A stretch of 64,000 nt of DNA from Thermodiscus sp. (GTDB taxonomy: Archaea; Thermoproteota; Thermoprotei_A; Sulfolobales; Acidilobaceae): assembly GCA_035615875.1 (NCBI GenBank), contig WWDN01000042.1, positions 221 to 64,220 on the forward strand. Reading direction: 5' to 3'. Both the position numbers and the translations under genes were made by a program. Shown here piece by piece: positions 35,473 through 44,840 of the stretch. Under the pieces are notes generated by a model. It saw only the letters and a program-made list of their open reading frames with translations. It was not told the DNA's origin and did no database searches. The first letter of the stretch is position 1. Every line of letters starts with the position of its first letter.

Positions 35473-36395
35473 GCTGGCATAAAGACGGGGTTCTCCAGTG
35501 TAGCGATTTCTTTTATCTTGGACAGTTGTTCTCTTAGGTATCGTGGAATCGTGAATATGGCTTTATGAACTGCCCCATCGTAGAACCTGTTCACGCCTCT
35601 TACATGCTTGCTTATGAAATCGTCTATCTCCTCCGAGGACAGGCTTCGGGGGTCTCTATCGTCCGATGCGATCACGAATCCCCATAACCCGTCGAAGCTC
35701 TTGACGTAGACGTGATACATTGCCGTGTACTTGAATATGGAGTTTATGGTATTGTATATCACTGCGTGTGTGAACGCGGTGATGGCTGGGCTTGTGGCTT
35801 GCGTAACGAAGACGCCCCCTTCATTCAATAATTTCTTTAGTTTCTCATAGTATTCTTTTGTATAGAGTTTATAGGCTGGCCCAGCTTCAAGCGGATCTGC
35901 TAGATCCGCTATTATGACGTCGAATTTCTCATTCGCCTCATCCACGTACTTCAATCCATCCATGATAACGAGCTCCAGTCGAGGGTCATCAAAGGCGCCT
36001 TGATGCCACTCCGGTAAATACTTCTTGGAGACGTTTATGACCTCTTCATCGATATCAACCATGACAACCCTCTCTACAGTGTCAAACCTGAGGACCTCCC
36101 TAGCAGTAGCACCCTCCCCGCCTCCGAGGATAAGTACCTTCCTGGGATTGCCGTTCAAGACCATAGCCGGATGGACCAAGGACTCGTGGTAGACGAACTC
36201 GTCTACAGCGGCTGACTGTGTTTTCCCGTCAAGTATAAGCGCCTTCCCGAGATCCTTGACCAGGGCAACCATTATATCCTGGTACTTCGATTTGCCGTGA
36301 TAGAGCACCTCTTCTATACCATACATATGCGCGCTTGTAGGGGTCCCCCACTCGATGAACCAGTGCCAGTTAAAACCCTCTTCCATGTCACCCAC
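35469..36395 (-). CDS. speE: spermidine synthase / aminopropyltransferase
   Basis: LILDGKTQS, VLILGGGEGATAREVL, MVDIDEEV, IIADLADP. Confidence 0.85.
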   Translation of the reverse strand: MGDMEEGFNWHWFIEWGTPTSAHMYGIEEVLYHGKSKYQDIMVALVKDLGKALILDGKTQSAAVDEFVYHESLVHPAMVLNGNPRKVLILGGGEGATAREVLRFDTVERVVMVDIDEEVINVSKKYLPEWHQGAFDDPRLELVIMDGLKYVDEANEKFDVIIADLADPLEAGPAYKLYTKEYYEKLKKLLNEGGVFVTQATSPAITAFTHAVIYNTINSIFKYTAMYHVYVKSFDGLWGFVIASDDRDPRSLSSEEIDDFISKHVRGVNRFYDGAVHKAIFTIPRYLREQLSKIKEIATLENPVFMPA

Positions 36396-36472
36396 CCCGG
36401 CTACCAGGTAATCACTATACCGCGATTTACGTTATAAGCTAGACCGTTATGCAGTTGCAGGAGGGGTGCACG

Positions 36473-37159
36473 ATGCCAATAAGAATGGTGGCAACTGATA
36501 TAGATGGGACATTAACCCTTGGAAGAGGCAATCTCCTAATCAGCACCGAGGCCGTAAAGGCGATCAGGAAGCTAGAGTCTATCGGGATAATGGTATCACT
36601 CGTCTCGGGGAATAGCCTGCCCATAACTGCTGGTTTAGCCAGATACATCGGGGCTAGCGGCCCCTCCATCGCCGAAAACGGGTGCGTGCTATTCTATAAG
36701 GGAGAGGTAATCCACGTATGCCGGGGTAAGCCTCCGAGGAGGCTCATCGAGGAACTAAAGGAGAAGGGCTTCAAGGAGAGTTGGCAGAACCCCTATAGAC
36801 ACCATGACATGGCTCTATACCCGCCGCCCGGCTATGATAGAAGTCTACTCTACGAGCTAGCATCTAGATACAATGTGTCGATCTACGACTCGGGATATGC
36901 TATACACGTTCAACCCCCTGGTACTGGTAAGGGTGCAGGGCTCCGCGAAGCATCTAAGCTAACCGGTATAAGTTTGGAGGAGGTGCTAGCGGTGGGCGAT
37001 GGATTGAATGATAAACCGCTCTTCGACGTCGCAGGTAAATCCGCTTGTCCATCAGATGCTGATCCCAGAGTGAAGGAGCTAGTAGACTATGTGGCGTCCA
37101 AGCCAGGAGGCCTGGGTTTCGCCGAGATAGCCGAGAGGGTAGCTTTTAGAGTGCTCTAG
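36473..37159 (+). CDS. HAD-IIB phosphatase (archaeal phosphoglycolate phosphatase type)
   Basis: VATDIDGTLT (DxDxT), VSGNS, KGAGL, AVGDGLNDKPLF. An ATG at 36473 follows the SD-like GAGGGGTG. Confidence 0.7.
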   Translation: MPIRMVATDIDGTLTLGRGNLLISTEAVKAIRKLESIGIMVSLVSGNSLPITAGLARYIGASGPSIAENGCVLFYKGEVIHVCRGKPPRRLIEELKEKGFKESWQNPYRHHDMALYPPPGYDRSLLYELASRYNVSIYDSGYAIHVQPPGTGKGAGLREASKLTGISLEEVLAVGDGLNDKPLFDVAGKSACPSDADPRVKELVDYVASKPGGLGFAEIAERVAFRVL

Positions 37160-37167
37160 GCCGCCGG

Positions 37168-38085
37168 CTACAAGAGTGGCTGCAACCTCCACTCGTAGCC
37201 AGAGAGATGGATGCTTCTATACTTGTATCCTCTTGAAATTATACTCCATGATAGTCTTAGAGGGCTGCTTCTCGGCGCTATGGAGCCTAGTCCCATCAGC
37301 CACGTGAGGGGGAGTTCCATACACCTAGTCCTGTTACGGGATTTACATAGTCCTTCTGCGACGTCGCTGAACTCGATTGTATCAGCCACGACATGCAACC
37401 ATTTCCCGTCGAATCTCCCCTCTCCGCTCTGAACGGCTATGTCCGCTACGTCGACTACATTGACCACGGGGACGTTGTCGATCACGGGTTTTATCCTAGA
37501 GAAGATGAATGCCCGTATCAGCCTCCATTCCAGATGGGGCGCGTTGGGCCCATATATGAGGCCCGGCCTAAGTATACTCCACTTCTCGACGCCAGAGTCA
37601 AGCAACAAGGTCTCTCCAAGAGCCTTCGTTTCACTGTGTATGGTTTTGAAGTCGGCATTCGTTGTAGGAGGTGCTTTGTCCTCTGTTACCGTGGAGCCAG
37701 GGGGTTGATCGGCTACATCGGCAGCTACGGCTATACTGCTGAAAAATACTATCCTAGACCCGGTAGCCTTTGAGGCCTCTATTTCGTGTCTAAGCAGTTC
37801 TACATGGGCTTGGCTCTGGATTTTCATGGGCCCGCCGGGCTTTCCAGCTAAGTGGTAGATCACCTCTGGGTTGATATCGATGATCACCCTGGCAAGCTCG
37901 CGGGGATCTAGACTAGCCACGTCTACTCCCAGCCTAGTCACAGCGTCATAGAGATGTTTCTTTCTTCGAATTGTATCCCTCTTAGCTAGTACTATCGGCT
38001 CTGCACCCGAGTCTAGCAGGGCGTTGATAAGATGATACCCCACAAAGCCTAGCCCACCCACTAACACGTGGATTTCTCGATCCAT
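37168..38085 (-). CDS. NAD-dependent epimerase/dehydratase family protein
   Basis: VLVGGLGFVGYHLINALLDSG (GxxGxxG) and a YxxxK-type region (HSETKALGE). Confidence 0.7.
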   Translation of the reverse strand: MDREIHVLVGGLGFVGYHLINALLDSGAEPIVLAKRDTIRRKKHLYDAVTRLGVDVASLDPRELARVIIDINPEVIYHLAGKPGGPMKIQSQAHVELLRHEIEASKATGSRIVFFSSIAVAADVADQPPGSTVTEDKAPPTTNADFKTIHSETKALGETLLLDSGVEKWSILRPGLIYGPNAPHLEWRLIRAFIFSRIKPVIDNVPVVNVVDVADIAVQSGEGRFDGKWLHVVADTIEFSDVAEGLCKSRNRTRCMELPLTWLMGLGSIAPRSSPLRLSWSIISRGYKYRSIHLSGYEWRLQPLL

Positions 38086-38187
38086 CTAACTCATGCACCG
38101 GGTAAACACTTAACGACCCGGTACTGATTAGACTTAATACATAGGCGGGATGACTGGTAGCAAACCGAGGCTAGTAAAGGCATGGCC

Positions 38188-38673
38188 TTAGGCTCTCGCA
38201 GGACCGCCGCTCCTCCACTTAATGAAGTCACTTATCACCCGCGACCCGTTCCTAAGCTTCCTCAGGGCCGTGAAGGTACTTACCTCTACTACCCCGTTGA
38301 GGTTCATTAACTCGTCTATAACGCTCGCCGCTTCCGCGTATGAGGGGGCTAATATCTTCACTAGGAAGTGGTGTTGCCCAGTTATCTCGTAGACTTCAGA
38401 CACGTATCTCAGCTCCTGTAGCGATTTCCTCACTCTTTGCATCTTTCTGGCCTCAACCCTCACCAGGGCGAATATAGTAGCGGTTAGCCCGAGCCTCTCC
38501 ACGTCAACGTCTATCGTGAATCCTCTAAGTATACCCTCGTCTATAAGCTTCCTAACCCTAAGATAGACCGTCGCCTCGCTTACATTCAACTCCCTTGCAA
38601 TCCTCCTCCAAGCGATCCGCGAGTCCCTCTCAAGTAACCTCAGCAGCGCCAGGTCCTTCTCGTCTAGAACCAT
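38188..38673 (-). CDS. Lrp/AsnC-family transcriptional regulator
   Basis: LDEKDLALLRLLERDSRIAWRRIARELNVSEATVYLRVRKL plus a C-terminal RAM domain. Confidence 0.85.
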   Translation of the reverse strand: MVLDEKDLALLRLLERDSRIAWRRIARELNVSEATVYLRVRKLIDEGILRGFTIDVDVERLGLTATIFALVRVEARKMQRVRKSLQELRYVSEVYEITGQHHFLVKILAPSYAEAASVIDELMNLNGVVEVSTFTALRKLRNGSRVISDFIKWRSGGPARA

Positions 38674-38682
38674 TTACACCAC

Positions 38683-39741
38683 CTACAACAAGTTGAGTAT
38701 CTTCGCCAGGAGCGATGGTTTGCCCGCCAACGCTTTTAGAAGTGCTTTCTTATCGACGCGGCCAAGGGCTATCATCGCATGAACGCTGGGCGGCATACTC
38801 TTCAGGAGACTCGCTCTCCTCTCCGGCGTCATCTTCTTGACTCTATCCAGGATCCTCCGTTGCAGGCGTATGGCCTTTGTAATGGGTGCTTCTCGGAGTA
38901 CGCCGCGGACGTCCTTGCCATTGAGAACAGCGTCTGCAGCGTAGGCACCCGAGAGCATGCTAGGCCTGATTCCCTCGCCAGTCAACGGGAGCACGTATCC
39001 AGCGGCTTCACCTATAACTTCCAAGCCATCCACGTTGCCTAGTACAACGCCACCAACGGCTATGCGCGCCCCTTCTAATCTAAGAATTTTCGCGCCCCTC
39101 GTATAATCATTGTTTTCCATGAACTTGTCTAGCTTCAAGCGTAGAGTCTCGAAATCGGCGAAACCGCCCACACCGACGTCGGCCTCATCGCCGCGGTTGG
39201 GAAACACATAGTAGTAGCCTATCAGCCTCGTGTCAAAATAGATAACTAGCTTATCCATGTATTCGAACTGCTCCCCCTTGACTCTATACTGTATCGCGTT
39301 AATGGTTTCCCCCGTATAGTAAGGGTGACCTCCGGCGAAGAACCCCCTTTCAACCCTCCTATAGGACCCTCCAACCCTAACCTCTCTACTGCCAACCTTA
39401 TAGAAAGCCCTCTTAACCAGTTCAACGCCAGCATCAGCTAGCATGCCCTCCAGCATGCCCCCCTTGTCAACTATAATACCATTCAACCCTTCCTCGATCT
39501 CGAATACAGGCTCGGAGTCAACATACAGGGCGGCTCCACGTATCCTCCTAACTATAGAGTCTCGTGGTATATCGAAGGGCAGGTCCCCGGTACTCGGGAT
39601 ACCCCGGCCACAGGGCTTAAACCCCAGCCGGGGAGCCATGTCGTAGAGGGTAACGCGATACCCGGCCCTGCCCAATACATACGCTGCAGCCACACCAGCT
39701 GGTCCGCCTCCAATTACAGTATAATCGCTACCTGCACCCAA
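38683..39741 (-). CDS. FAD-dependent oxidoreductase, geranylgeranyl reductase family
   Basis: YTVIGGGPAGVAAAYVLGRAGYRVTLYD (dinucleotide-binding motif). GEAAGYVLPLTGEGI is typical of the GGR family. Confidence 0.7.
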   Translation of the reverse strand: MGAGSDYTVIGGGPAGVAAAYVLGRAGYRVTLYDMAPRLGFKPCGRGIPSTGDLPFDIPRDSIVRRIRGAALYVDSEPVFEIEEGLNGIIVDKGGMLEGMLADAGVELVKRAFYKVGSREVRVGGSYRRVERGFFAGGHPYYTGETINAIQYRVKGEQFEYMDKLVIYFDTRLIGYYYVFPNRGDEADVGVGGFADFETLRLKLDKFMENNDYTRGAKILRLEGARIAVGGVVLGNVDGLEVIGEAAGYVLPLTGEGIRPSMLSGAYAADAVLNGKDVRGVLREAPITKAIRLQRRILDRVKKMTPERRASLLKSMPPSVHAMIALGRVDKKALLKALAGKPSLLAKILNLL

Positions 39742-39939
39742 ACCGTTATCCCTAGCTGGGAGTGATAACCAGGCCCAGGTATAAACATAGACATCTATGC
39801 CGCTACAGGCGGTCAGTCGGGTAAGTTCTCCACATCCAGCCTTCAGGCCGGGAGTAAGACTTCATTCCGCCCAGCAATTAGAGCCAGGCGCTCAAGGGTA
39901 TTTTTCTAAACCCCTGTTAGGCCAGTTTAAACGCTTGGG

Positions 39940-39998
39940 AGCGGATGATTAAGCTTGCCCCCACCCGACCCGTGAGGACATTACCGCGATATGACGCT
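39940..39998 (+). ncRNA. candidate C/D-box-like sRNA (weak)
   Basis: Terminal complementarity AGCG (39940-43) / CGCT (39995-98). Box-like elements AUGAUUA (6/7 to RUGAUGA), CCGA, GUGAGGA (6/7) and AUGA, with 13- and 12-nt spacers. All boxes are imperfect. Confidence 0.2.
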
Positions 39999-40025
39999 CC
40001 CCCAGTTTAAAACCCCAGAGGACAC

Positions 40026-40394
40026 TTGATAATCTCTCCACGGGTGAGGTCGTTGCACGCGCTTCTAAGAGGGAAGGGCTTCCAGGTTTCCGCTAAAAAA
40101 GTGGTCCATGCGACTCTGACGGGTGAGACGCTTGAAGAAAACAGGTTAACGGCATACTCAGGTGAGGGGGGCATAAAAGTCACCTATTCCGAGTTCAGTG
40201 ACGGCAGAAAGAGGCTATCAATAGTAATCCACGGCCCGAAAGCGACCCGCGATAGAGAGGAGAAAGCGATCCTCCTCGGAGGGAGAGTTGATTTAAACGA
40301 AAGAGAGCGTCTCTACGCGGTCTTCGATGTAAGAAGCAAGAGCCATGCCGAGGAGATAATAGATGAGCTCTTACGTGGAGAAAACGGTACCTGA
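40026..40394 (+). CDS. hypothetical protein
   Basis: 122-aa ORF with a TTG start. Overlaps the next ORF by 32 nt. No motif recognised. Confidence 0.4.
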   Translation: MIISPRVRSLHALLRGKGFQVSAKKVVHATLTGETLEENRLTAYSGEGGIKVTYSEFSDGRKRLSIVIHGPKATRDREEKAILLGGRVDLNERERLYAVFDVRSKSHAEEIIDELLRGENGT

Positions 40395-41604
40395 CTGGTC
40401 CAAGTACACGGTTCTAAGCGGGGACAAGCTCGTCAGACTACCGGGAATCCAACCACTGTTGCTGCTACACGGAAGAAGTAATATCGAGGTAGGGGCCTCC
40501 GTAGACCTCACTTGGACCTGCTGCGGAATCTACTCGGTTCACATCAATAGGGGTGGACTGGAGGCGGAACTGGTCGAAGACCCCGATGTAGAATACTATA
40601 CAGAGCCTCTTCCATCCTATCGGCCCTGGAGCGCTATAGAAGAACTCTCAAAGAGCCTTGAAACAGAACTCGTCAAAGCCTATGCAAACCCCTTCTCATG
40701 GGATCCATTAACACCCCTAGACATGGGAAGAGATAATGAGGGACCCCCAGGTTGTATCTACGACTTAGAGTTAGAGAGAACGGTCTACACAGGCCCTCTC
40801 CCTTCTCTGCGCGCTGTCAAGCCAACTACCTGTCACAGGGCTTCAAATACGTCTAAAGCCAGCGACGCGTCGTTGGGCGTCTTCAAGCTCCGGGGGAAGA
40901 AACAGGTCTTATCACGGGGTTTATCACGTATAGCTGCTGATTCGTGCTATGGATACCTAGATAGGAAGAGCGGGGTCTTCTGGAGTGACGGGAGCGATTG
41001 TGTCACGGAGATCTATACACCATACTATGATTACAGGGTTTCCATCCTCTATCCCTCGTCATACTATAGGTTTAGGCTTAGAGGCGAGACTCTACGAGTG
41101 GGTCCCGTGCCAGCCTTGGTCATAGGATTGTGGAGTAAGATAGCGCTGGCCTCCAGGAACGGCGTCATAGTGGAATTGGCTCCCGGCATGTTGACTGTCC
41201 GTGCTGCAGGCTCGCTTAGAGTAGCGCTTGGCGGCGAATCTGTAGCCTACAGGATTTTCCTCGAAGATCTACTTTCCGGGTGGCTCCCGGTTGAGATACC
41301 CGAGGATGGGCTCGGGAATCTTAGGTCTAGTTCGGGTGCTATCATGATTATGGATGCTGTGGAGAGGGGTGAGATGGCTTTATCCATGTATAATCCCTTG
41401 GATTCGCCTGGGATCGGCGAGGCTAGGCTGCCTGCCAACTCTAATGTGGCTATTGTTAGGGGTCCTTTGGGGAGTATTGAGATTCCGGTTGCAATTGATT
41501 TTCTTAGATTGCCCCTAGCACCCGGCTTCGTAGGTTATGCTGTGATGAAATTAGTTAGAAAGGGTGTATTTTTCAGGTTTAGAAGGCGGTCTAGAAGGAT
41601 GTAG
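40363..41604 (+). CDS. hypothetical protein (413 aa, soluble, basic C-terminal tail)
   Basis: Long ORF with normal composition, no TM segment and no catalytic motif recognised. Ends FFRFRRRSRRM, overlapping the pdo 3' end by 14 nt. Confidence 0.45.
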   Translation: MSSYVEKTVPDWSKYTVLSGDKLVRLPGIQPLLLLHGRSNIEVGASVDLTWTCCGIYSVHINRGGLEAELVEDPDVEYYTEPLPSYRPWSAIEELSKSLETELVKAYANPFSWDPLTPLDMGRDNEGPPGCIYDLELERTVYTGPLPSLRAVKPTTCHRASNTSKASDASLGVFKLRGKKQVLSRGLSRIAADSCYGYLDRKSGVFWSDGSDCVTEIYTPYYDYRVSILYPSSYYRFRLRGETLRVGPVPALVIGLWSKIALASRNGVIVELAPGMLTVRAAGSLRVALGGESVAYRIFLEDLLSGWLPVEIPEDGLGNLRSSSGAIMIMDAVERGEMALSMYNPLDSPGIGEARLPANSNVAIVRGPLGSIEIPVAIDFLRLPLAPGFVGYAVMKLVRKGVFFRFRRRSRRM

Positions 41605-42343
41605 CATCGCCGTATTCCTTCAGCACTAGTTCCTCTAGTTTCCCTTCCGAAGCAGCTTTTACGTAGCGGATGAAGTCCTCTTCGTAGGGTACACCGATGA
41701 AGGCTAGGATCTTGTTTATAGCTATTGCGGGTACGCTGTGTACTCCGTAGCTGTCGGCTATGTCTGGGTTTTCATAGGCCTCTACAGTGTCCGAGATCAC
41801 TTTCTTGGAGCCTTGTTTGTATGCTTCATAGGCGAACATGTTGGCTAGCAGTACTGCGTAAGGGCAATAGGGGCATGCGGGGGTTACTATGGTTTCTATA
41901 TAGACTTCTTTGCGTAGATTGGCGAGTATGGCTTTTGTGGAGTCTTCCAGCCCCGAGTCGCCTTCGCTTATCCTGAGCAGGGTTTCCACGAATCCTCTTA
42001 TCTCCTCTTCGGCTGGTATGCCTGTGTATTTGATGTAGCCTTCTATCAGAGTGACCGTTGGTACGCGTTCTACTCTCTGTCTCTTGAACTCGTCTTGGTG
42101 GCTTGGGTTGGATTTGTTGTAGATTTTCACGGTTATGAGCTTCTTCCCGTCTCTCACCGGGGCTTCCTCTTCGAATGCCTTGATGAGTGCTACTGTGTCC
42201 TCGCAGGTTTCACAGTTGTCGTCTATGAAGACGTTTATTTCTACTGGGTCTATCATGTCTTCTAGGGTTTCGCGTAGGTCTCTTCTGAAGTCTTCGGAGA
42301 GGTCTAGGGTGTAGTATTTCCTTGCGCTCATTCTTCCTCTCAC
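41591..42343 (-). CDS. pdo: protein disulfide oxidoreductase (two thioredoxin folds)
   Basis: Two CxxC active sites (CETC and CPYC) in tandem thioredoxin-like units, as in archaeal PDO. Confidence 0.8.
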   Translation of the reverse strand: MRGRMSARKYYTLDLSEDFRRDLRETLEDMIDPVEINVFIDDNCETCEDTVALIKAFEEEAPVRDGKKLITVKIYNKSNPSHQDEFKRQRVERVPTVTLIEGYIKYTGIPAEEEIRGFVETLLRISEGDSGLEDSTKAILANLRKEVYIETIVTPACPYCPYAVLLANMFAYEAYKQGSKKVISDTVEAYENPDIADSYGVHSVPAIAINKILAFIGVPYEEDFIRYVKAASEGKLEELVLKEYGDATSF

Positions 42344-42491
42344 CGGAAGCGTAACCTGCTACTTTAAAGTTTAATACTGTATCGCTATATGAGTAAATGA
42401 ATAAATTATTAAAATATTATTAGTTAATTAATTAATATATAGCCTCCGTATTTATGCACTCCACACAATACCATAGCCTAGGGACGGGTAA

Positions 42492-42905
42492 TTGAAGAGA
42501 CAAAAGATAAAACGCGGGCAAGCCAAAAACGAATCCAACCAACAGTTCAAGCTAGAGCTACCCTGCGAATACGCCGGTAAAATCGTCATTCCAAGTATAA
42601 GGGCAGTCATAGCAAAGACCCTAGTGGAGGAATACAACTACTCCCGCTACAGGGCAGCCAAGCTACTAGGGCTCACGCCAGCAGCAGTAACCTACTATTT
42701 GAACGGTGAGAGAGGCAGGAAACTGATAGAAAACATAGCAGTGCAGAGGGACTTAATGGACGTGATAAGGGAGATCTCGGAGTTGATCGCCAAAAATGAC
42801 GGGATAAACACGCGGGAAGCCTATATAAAATACAAGGAGTCAATATGCAAGATATGCTCCAGGGTCAACATATACGCCCAAATGGCGGGATGCCACGGAT
42901 CCTAA
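42492..42905 (+). CDS. HTH transcriptional regulator with C-terminal cysteines
   Basis: IRAVIAKTLVEEYNYSRYRAAKLLGLTPAAVTYYLNGERG (HTH, COG2522-like). C-terminal CKICSRVN...GCHG. Divergent from pdo. Confidence 0.5.
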   Translation: MKRQKIKRGQAKNESNQQFKLELPCEYAGKIVIPSIRAVIAKTLVEEYNYSRYRAAKLLGLTPAAVTYYLNGERGRKLIENIAVQRDLMDVIREISELIAKNDGINTREAYIKYKESICKICSRVNIYAQMAGCHGS

Positions 42906-42910
42906 AGGCT

Positions 42911-43894
42911 TTAGAGACTTCTAAGACAGTCTTCCCTGTAAGGCTCCAGCTCGGCGACCCCACATAACACGACAGAGGCGCTCTCAACCGGGTATACCGG
43001 GATCCTGCTGGTAAAGACCGTCAGGACCCTTCCTCCATGATTCCACTTATGACCCTTCATGACGGCTTCATGGCCCCTAATTATAACCCGCCCATTCATC
43101 TTCCCCAGAGCCGCATCGGTGACGGGTCTCCCCCATAGGCTGCCAGCGCCACGTGGATTAGGGGCTCTTACAATGTCAGCCTCTATCGGATCGTTCCAGA
43201 GAACCTCTTCAAGCACACTCATCCTATCAACATTACCAACGCCTAGATACTCCAACAAGCTAGCGTCCAAGTTCCGGGTCGGAGGGCCTCCATGGAGTAA
43301 CAATGCATGGTTCTTAATCACCAACGCATACGGCATCAAGTCCCATAGCTCTCTAAAGAGTTCCATTAGGCTACTAGCGTCATCCCCATAGAATCGATAG
43401 AGTGCGTAGGGAAAGTCCTGGCCAGAAGGTTCCAGGCCCCGTGGTGCCTCATGGTTCCCCCTCAAGAGTATGATGTTTTCGCCCCTAGTTACCCTGGCTA
43501 GAAGCTCATATACAACCATGACCTGCTCCTCTAAGGGACCCCTATCTATGTAGTCTCCCAGGAAGACGGTTAGATCGGCTCGTTTGCCGAGTTCTAGCGC
43601 GTTTGCCAGCGATCTATAGTCGCCATGTAGGTCACCTACGACTAACATATTACCGTTAAACCCGTTCTCTATGAGAAGCACCCCGCCTCTTCTCTTAACG
43701 AACTTAAGGTTTCCATGAGACCCTCTATCCAGCTCCGCCATTAGGACCTTTACAGCGTCTTCCAGGGCTTCTCTGAGCTCGTCGTAACCGGGTATCTTCA
43801 CCGTCACGGTCACCTTAATTCTATTAACTCCCCTCCGGGCACTATAGTATCCATACGGGGAATAATGGATTATGAAGCTAGAGGCTAAAGACAT
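42911..43894 (-). CDS. PPP-family Ser/Thr protein phosphatase
   Basis: GDLHGD, GDYIDRG, GNHE, HGG. The start probably lies downstream of 43894, because it overlaps the divergent 43872 gene. Confidence 0.8.
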   Translation of the reverse strand: MSLASSFIIHYSPYGYYSARRGVNRIKVTVTVKIPGYDELREALEDAVKVLMAELDRGSHGNLKFVKRRGGVLLIENGFNGNMLVVGDLHGDYRSLANALELGKRADLTVFLGDYIDRGPLEEQVMVVYELLARVTRGENIILLRGNHEAPRGLEPSGQDFPYALYRFYGDDASSLMELFRELWDLMPYALVIKNHALLLHGGPPTRNLDASLLEYLGVGNVDRMSVLEEVLWNDPIEADIVRAPNPRGAGSLWGRPVTDAALGKMNGRVIIRGHEAVMKGHKWNHGGRVLTVFTSRIPVYPVESASVVLCGVAELEPYREDCLRSL

Positions 43895-44840
43895 ACTGTA
43901 CAGGACCCTGGCGATACTCTACCGTTACGCCGAGGAAGTGGCAGTGCTAGAGTACCCTAGGAGCATGGAGAGGAGAAGCATCGACCTAGCCGTGAGGCTA
44001 CCTGGAGGTAAGCGCTTGCTAGTAAAAGTAGCTAGAGACGCTGCGGAAATACCCAAGAGCGAGATACAAGAACTCATCTTCCTCGCCTCAGTGCTAGACT
44101 CGGCCCCGATCATGATAGCCAGGGATAAAGACGGCGTAGAGCTTGTCGAAGGAGTGGCCTATGAGAAAAGCGGCGTCAAAGTGATCTCGCCAGAGACTCT
44201 GGAAGGCCTGCTCAGCGGAAGGGAGCCGGTCTACGTGTTCGAGTCACGGGGGAGCTACAAGGTCAGGGTTAACCCCGTCAAGCTTAGAGAGAAACGCCTT
44301 GAGAAGGGCTTCAGCCTAGGGGATCTGGCAGCTGCATTAAACACCTCTAGGAAAGCCGTGTATGACTACGAGAGGGGCAAGCTGGACCCTAGTATCGACA
44401 GGGCTGAGAAACTGATCAAGATACTCGGAGAGGAGGTTGTAGCTCCCTGTGATGTGTTCGAAGCGACAAACCTGCCGGAACCCAAGCTACTGAAGCCCTT
44501 TGATACGAAGCTTGAGGAAGAGACCGCGTCGAGGCTAGTCGAGGCGGGGTTTAGGGTAGTCCATGTAAAGAGGACGGCTATAGACATAGGTGGATCCATA
44601 AACGATGCAAAAGTTGTTTTCACAGTCCAGGGTAAGAGGGAGAGCGTGAAAACCCTCTATGAGAAGTCGGTCTACATGAGTAAGATGGCTGACGTCCTAA
44701 ACATAAATGATAAAGCCGTTGTGGTTGACGATGCGAGAACTGCTAGAGAGCTTGAGAAGGAAGACGTAACTGTAATTACGTCAAACGAGCTGGCGGAGTT
44801 CGTGAAGCGTTTAACTAAATCGAACAGGGAGCAATTATGA
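43872..44840 (+). CDS. conserved archaeal putative HTH-type transcriptional regulatory protein (XRE HTH in the centre)
   Basis: LREKRLEKGFSLGDLAAALNTSRKAVYDYERGK is a Cro/C1 HTH, flanked by N- and C-terminal domains as in the archaeal HTH-type regulator family. Confidence 0.65.
   Translation: MKLEAKDILYRTLAILYRYAEEVAVLEYPRSMERRSIDLAVRLPGGKRLLVKVARDAAEIPKSEIQELIFLASVLDSAPIMIARDKDGVELVEGVAYEKSGVKVISPETLEGLLSGREPVYVFESRGSYKVRVNPVKLREKRLEKGFSLGDLAAALNTSRKAVYDYERGKLDPSIDRAEKLIKILGEEVVAPCDVFEATNLPEPKLLKPFDTKLEEETASRLVEAGFRVVHVKRTAIDIGGSINDAKVVFTVQGKRESVKTLYEKSVYMSKMADVLNINDKAVVVDDARTARELEKEDVTVITSNELAEFVKRLTKSNREQL

Noticed and set aside
42389-42441. The near-pure A/T stretch between pdo and the HTH gene as an origin DUE
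   Set aside because: There are no Orc1-type boxes around it apart from a lone CTCCACA word, and it lies in a normal divergent promoter. It is more simply two back-to-back TATA/BRE regions.
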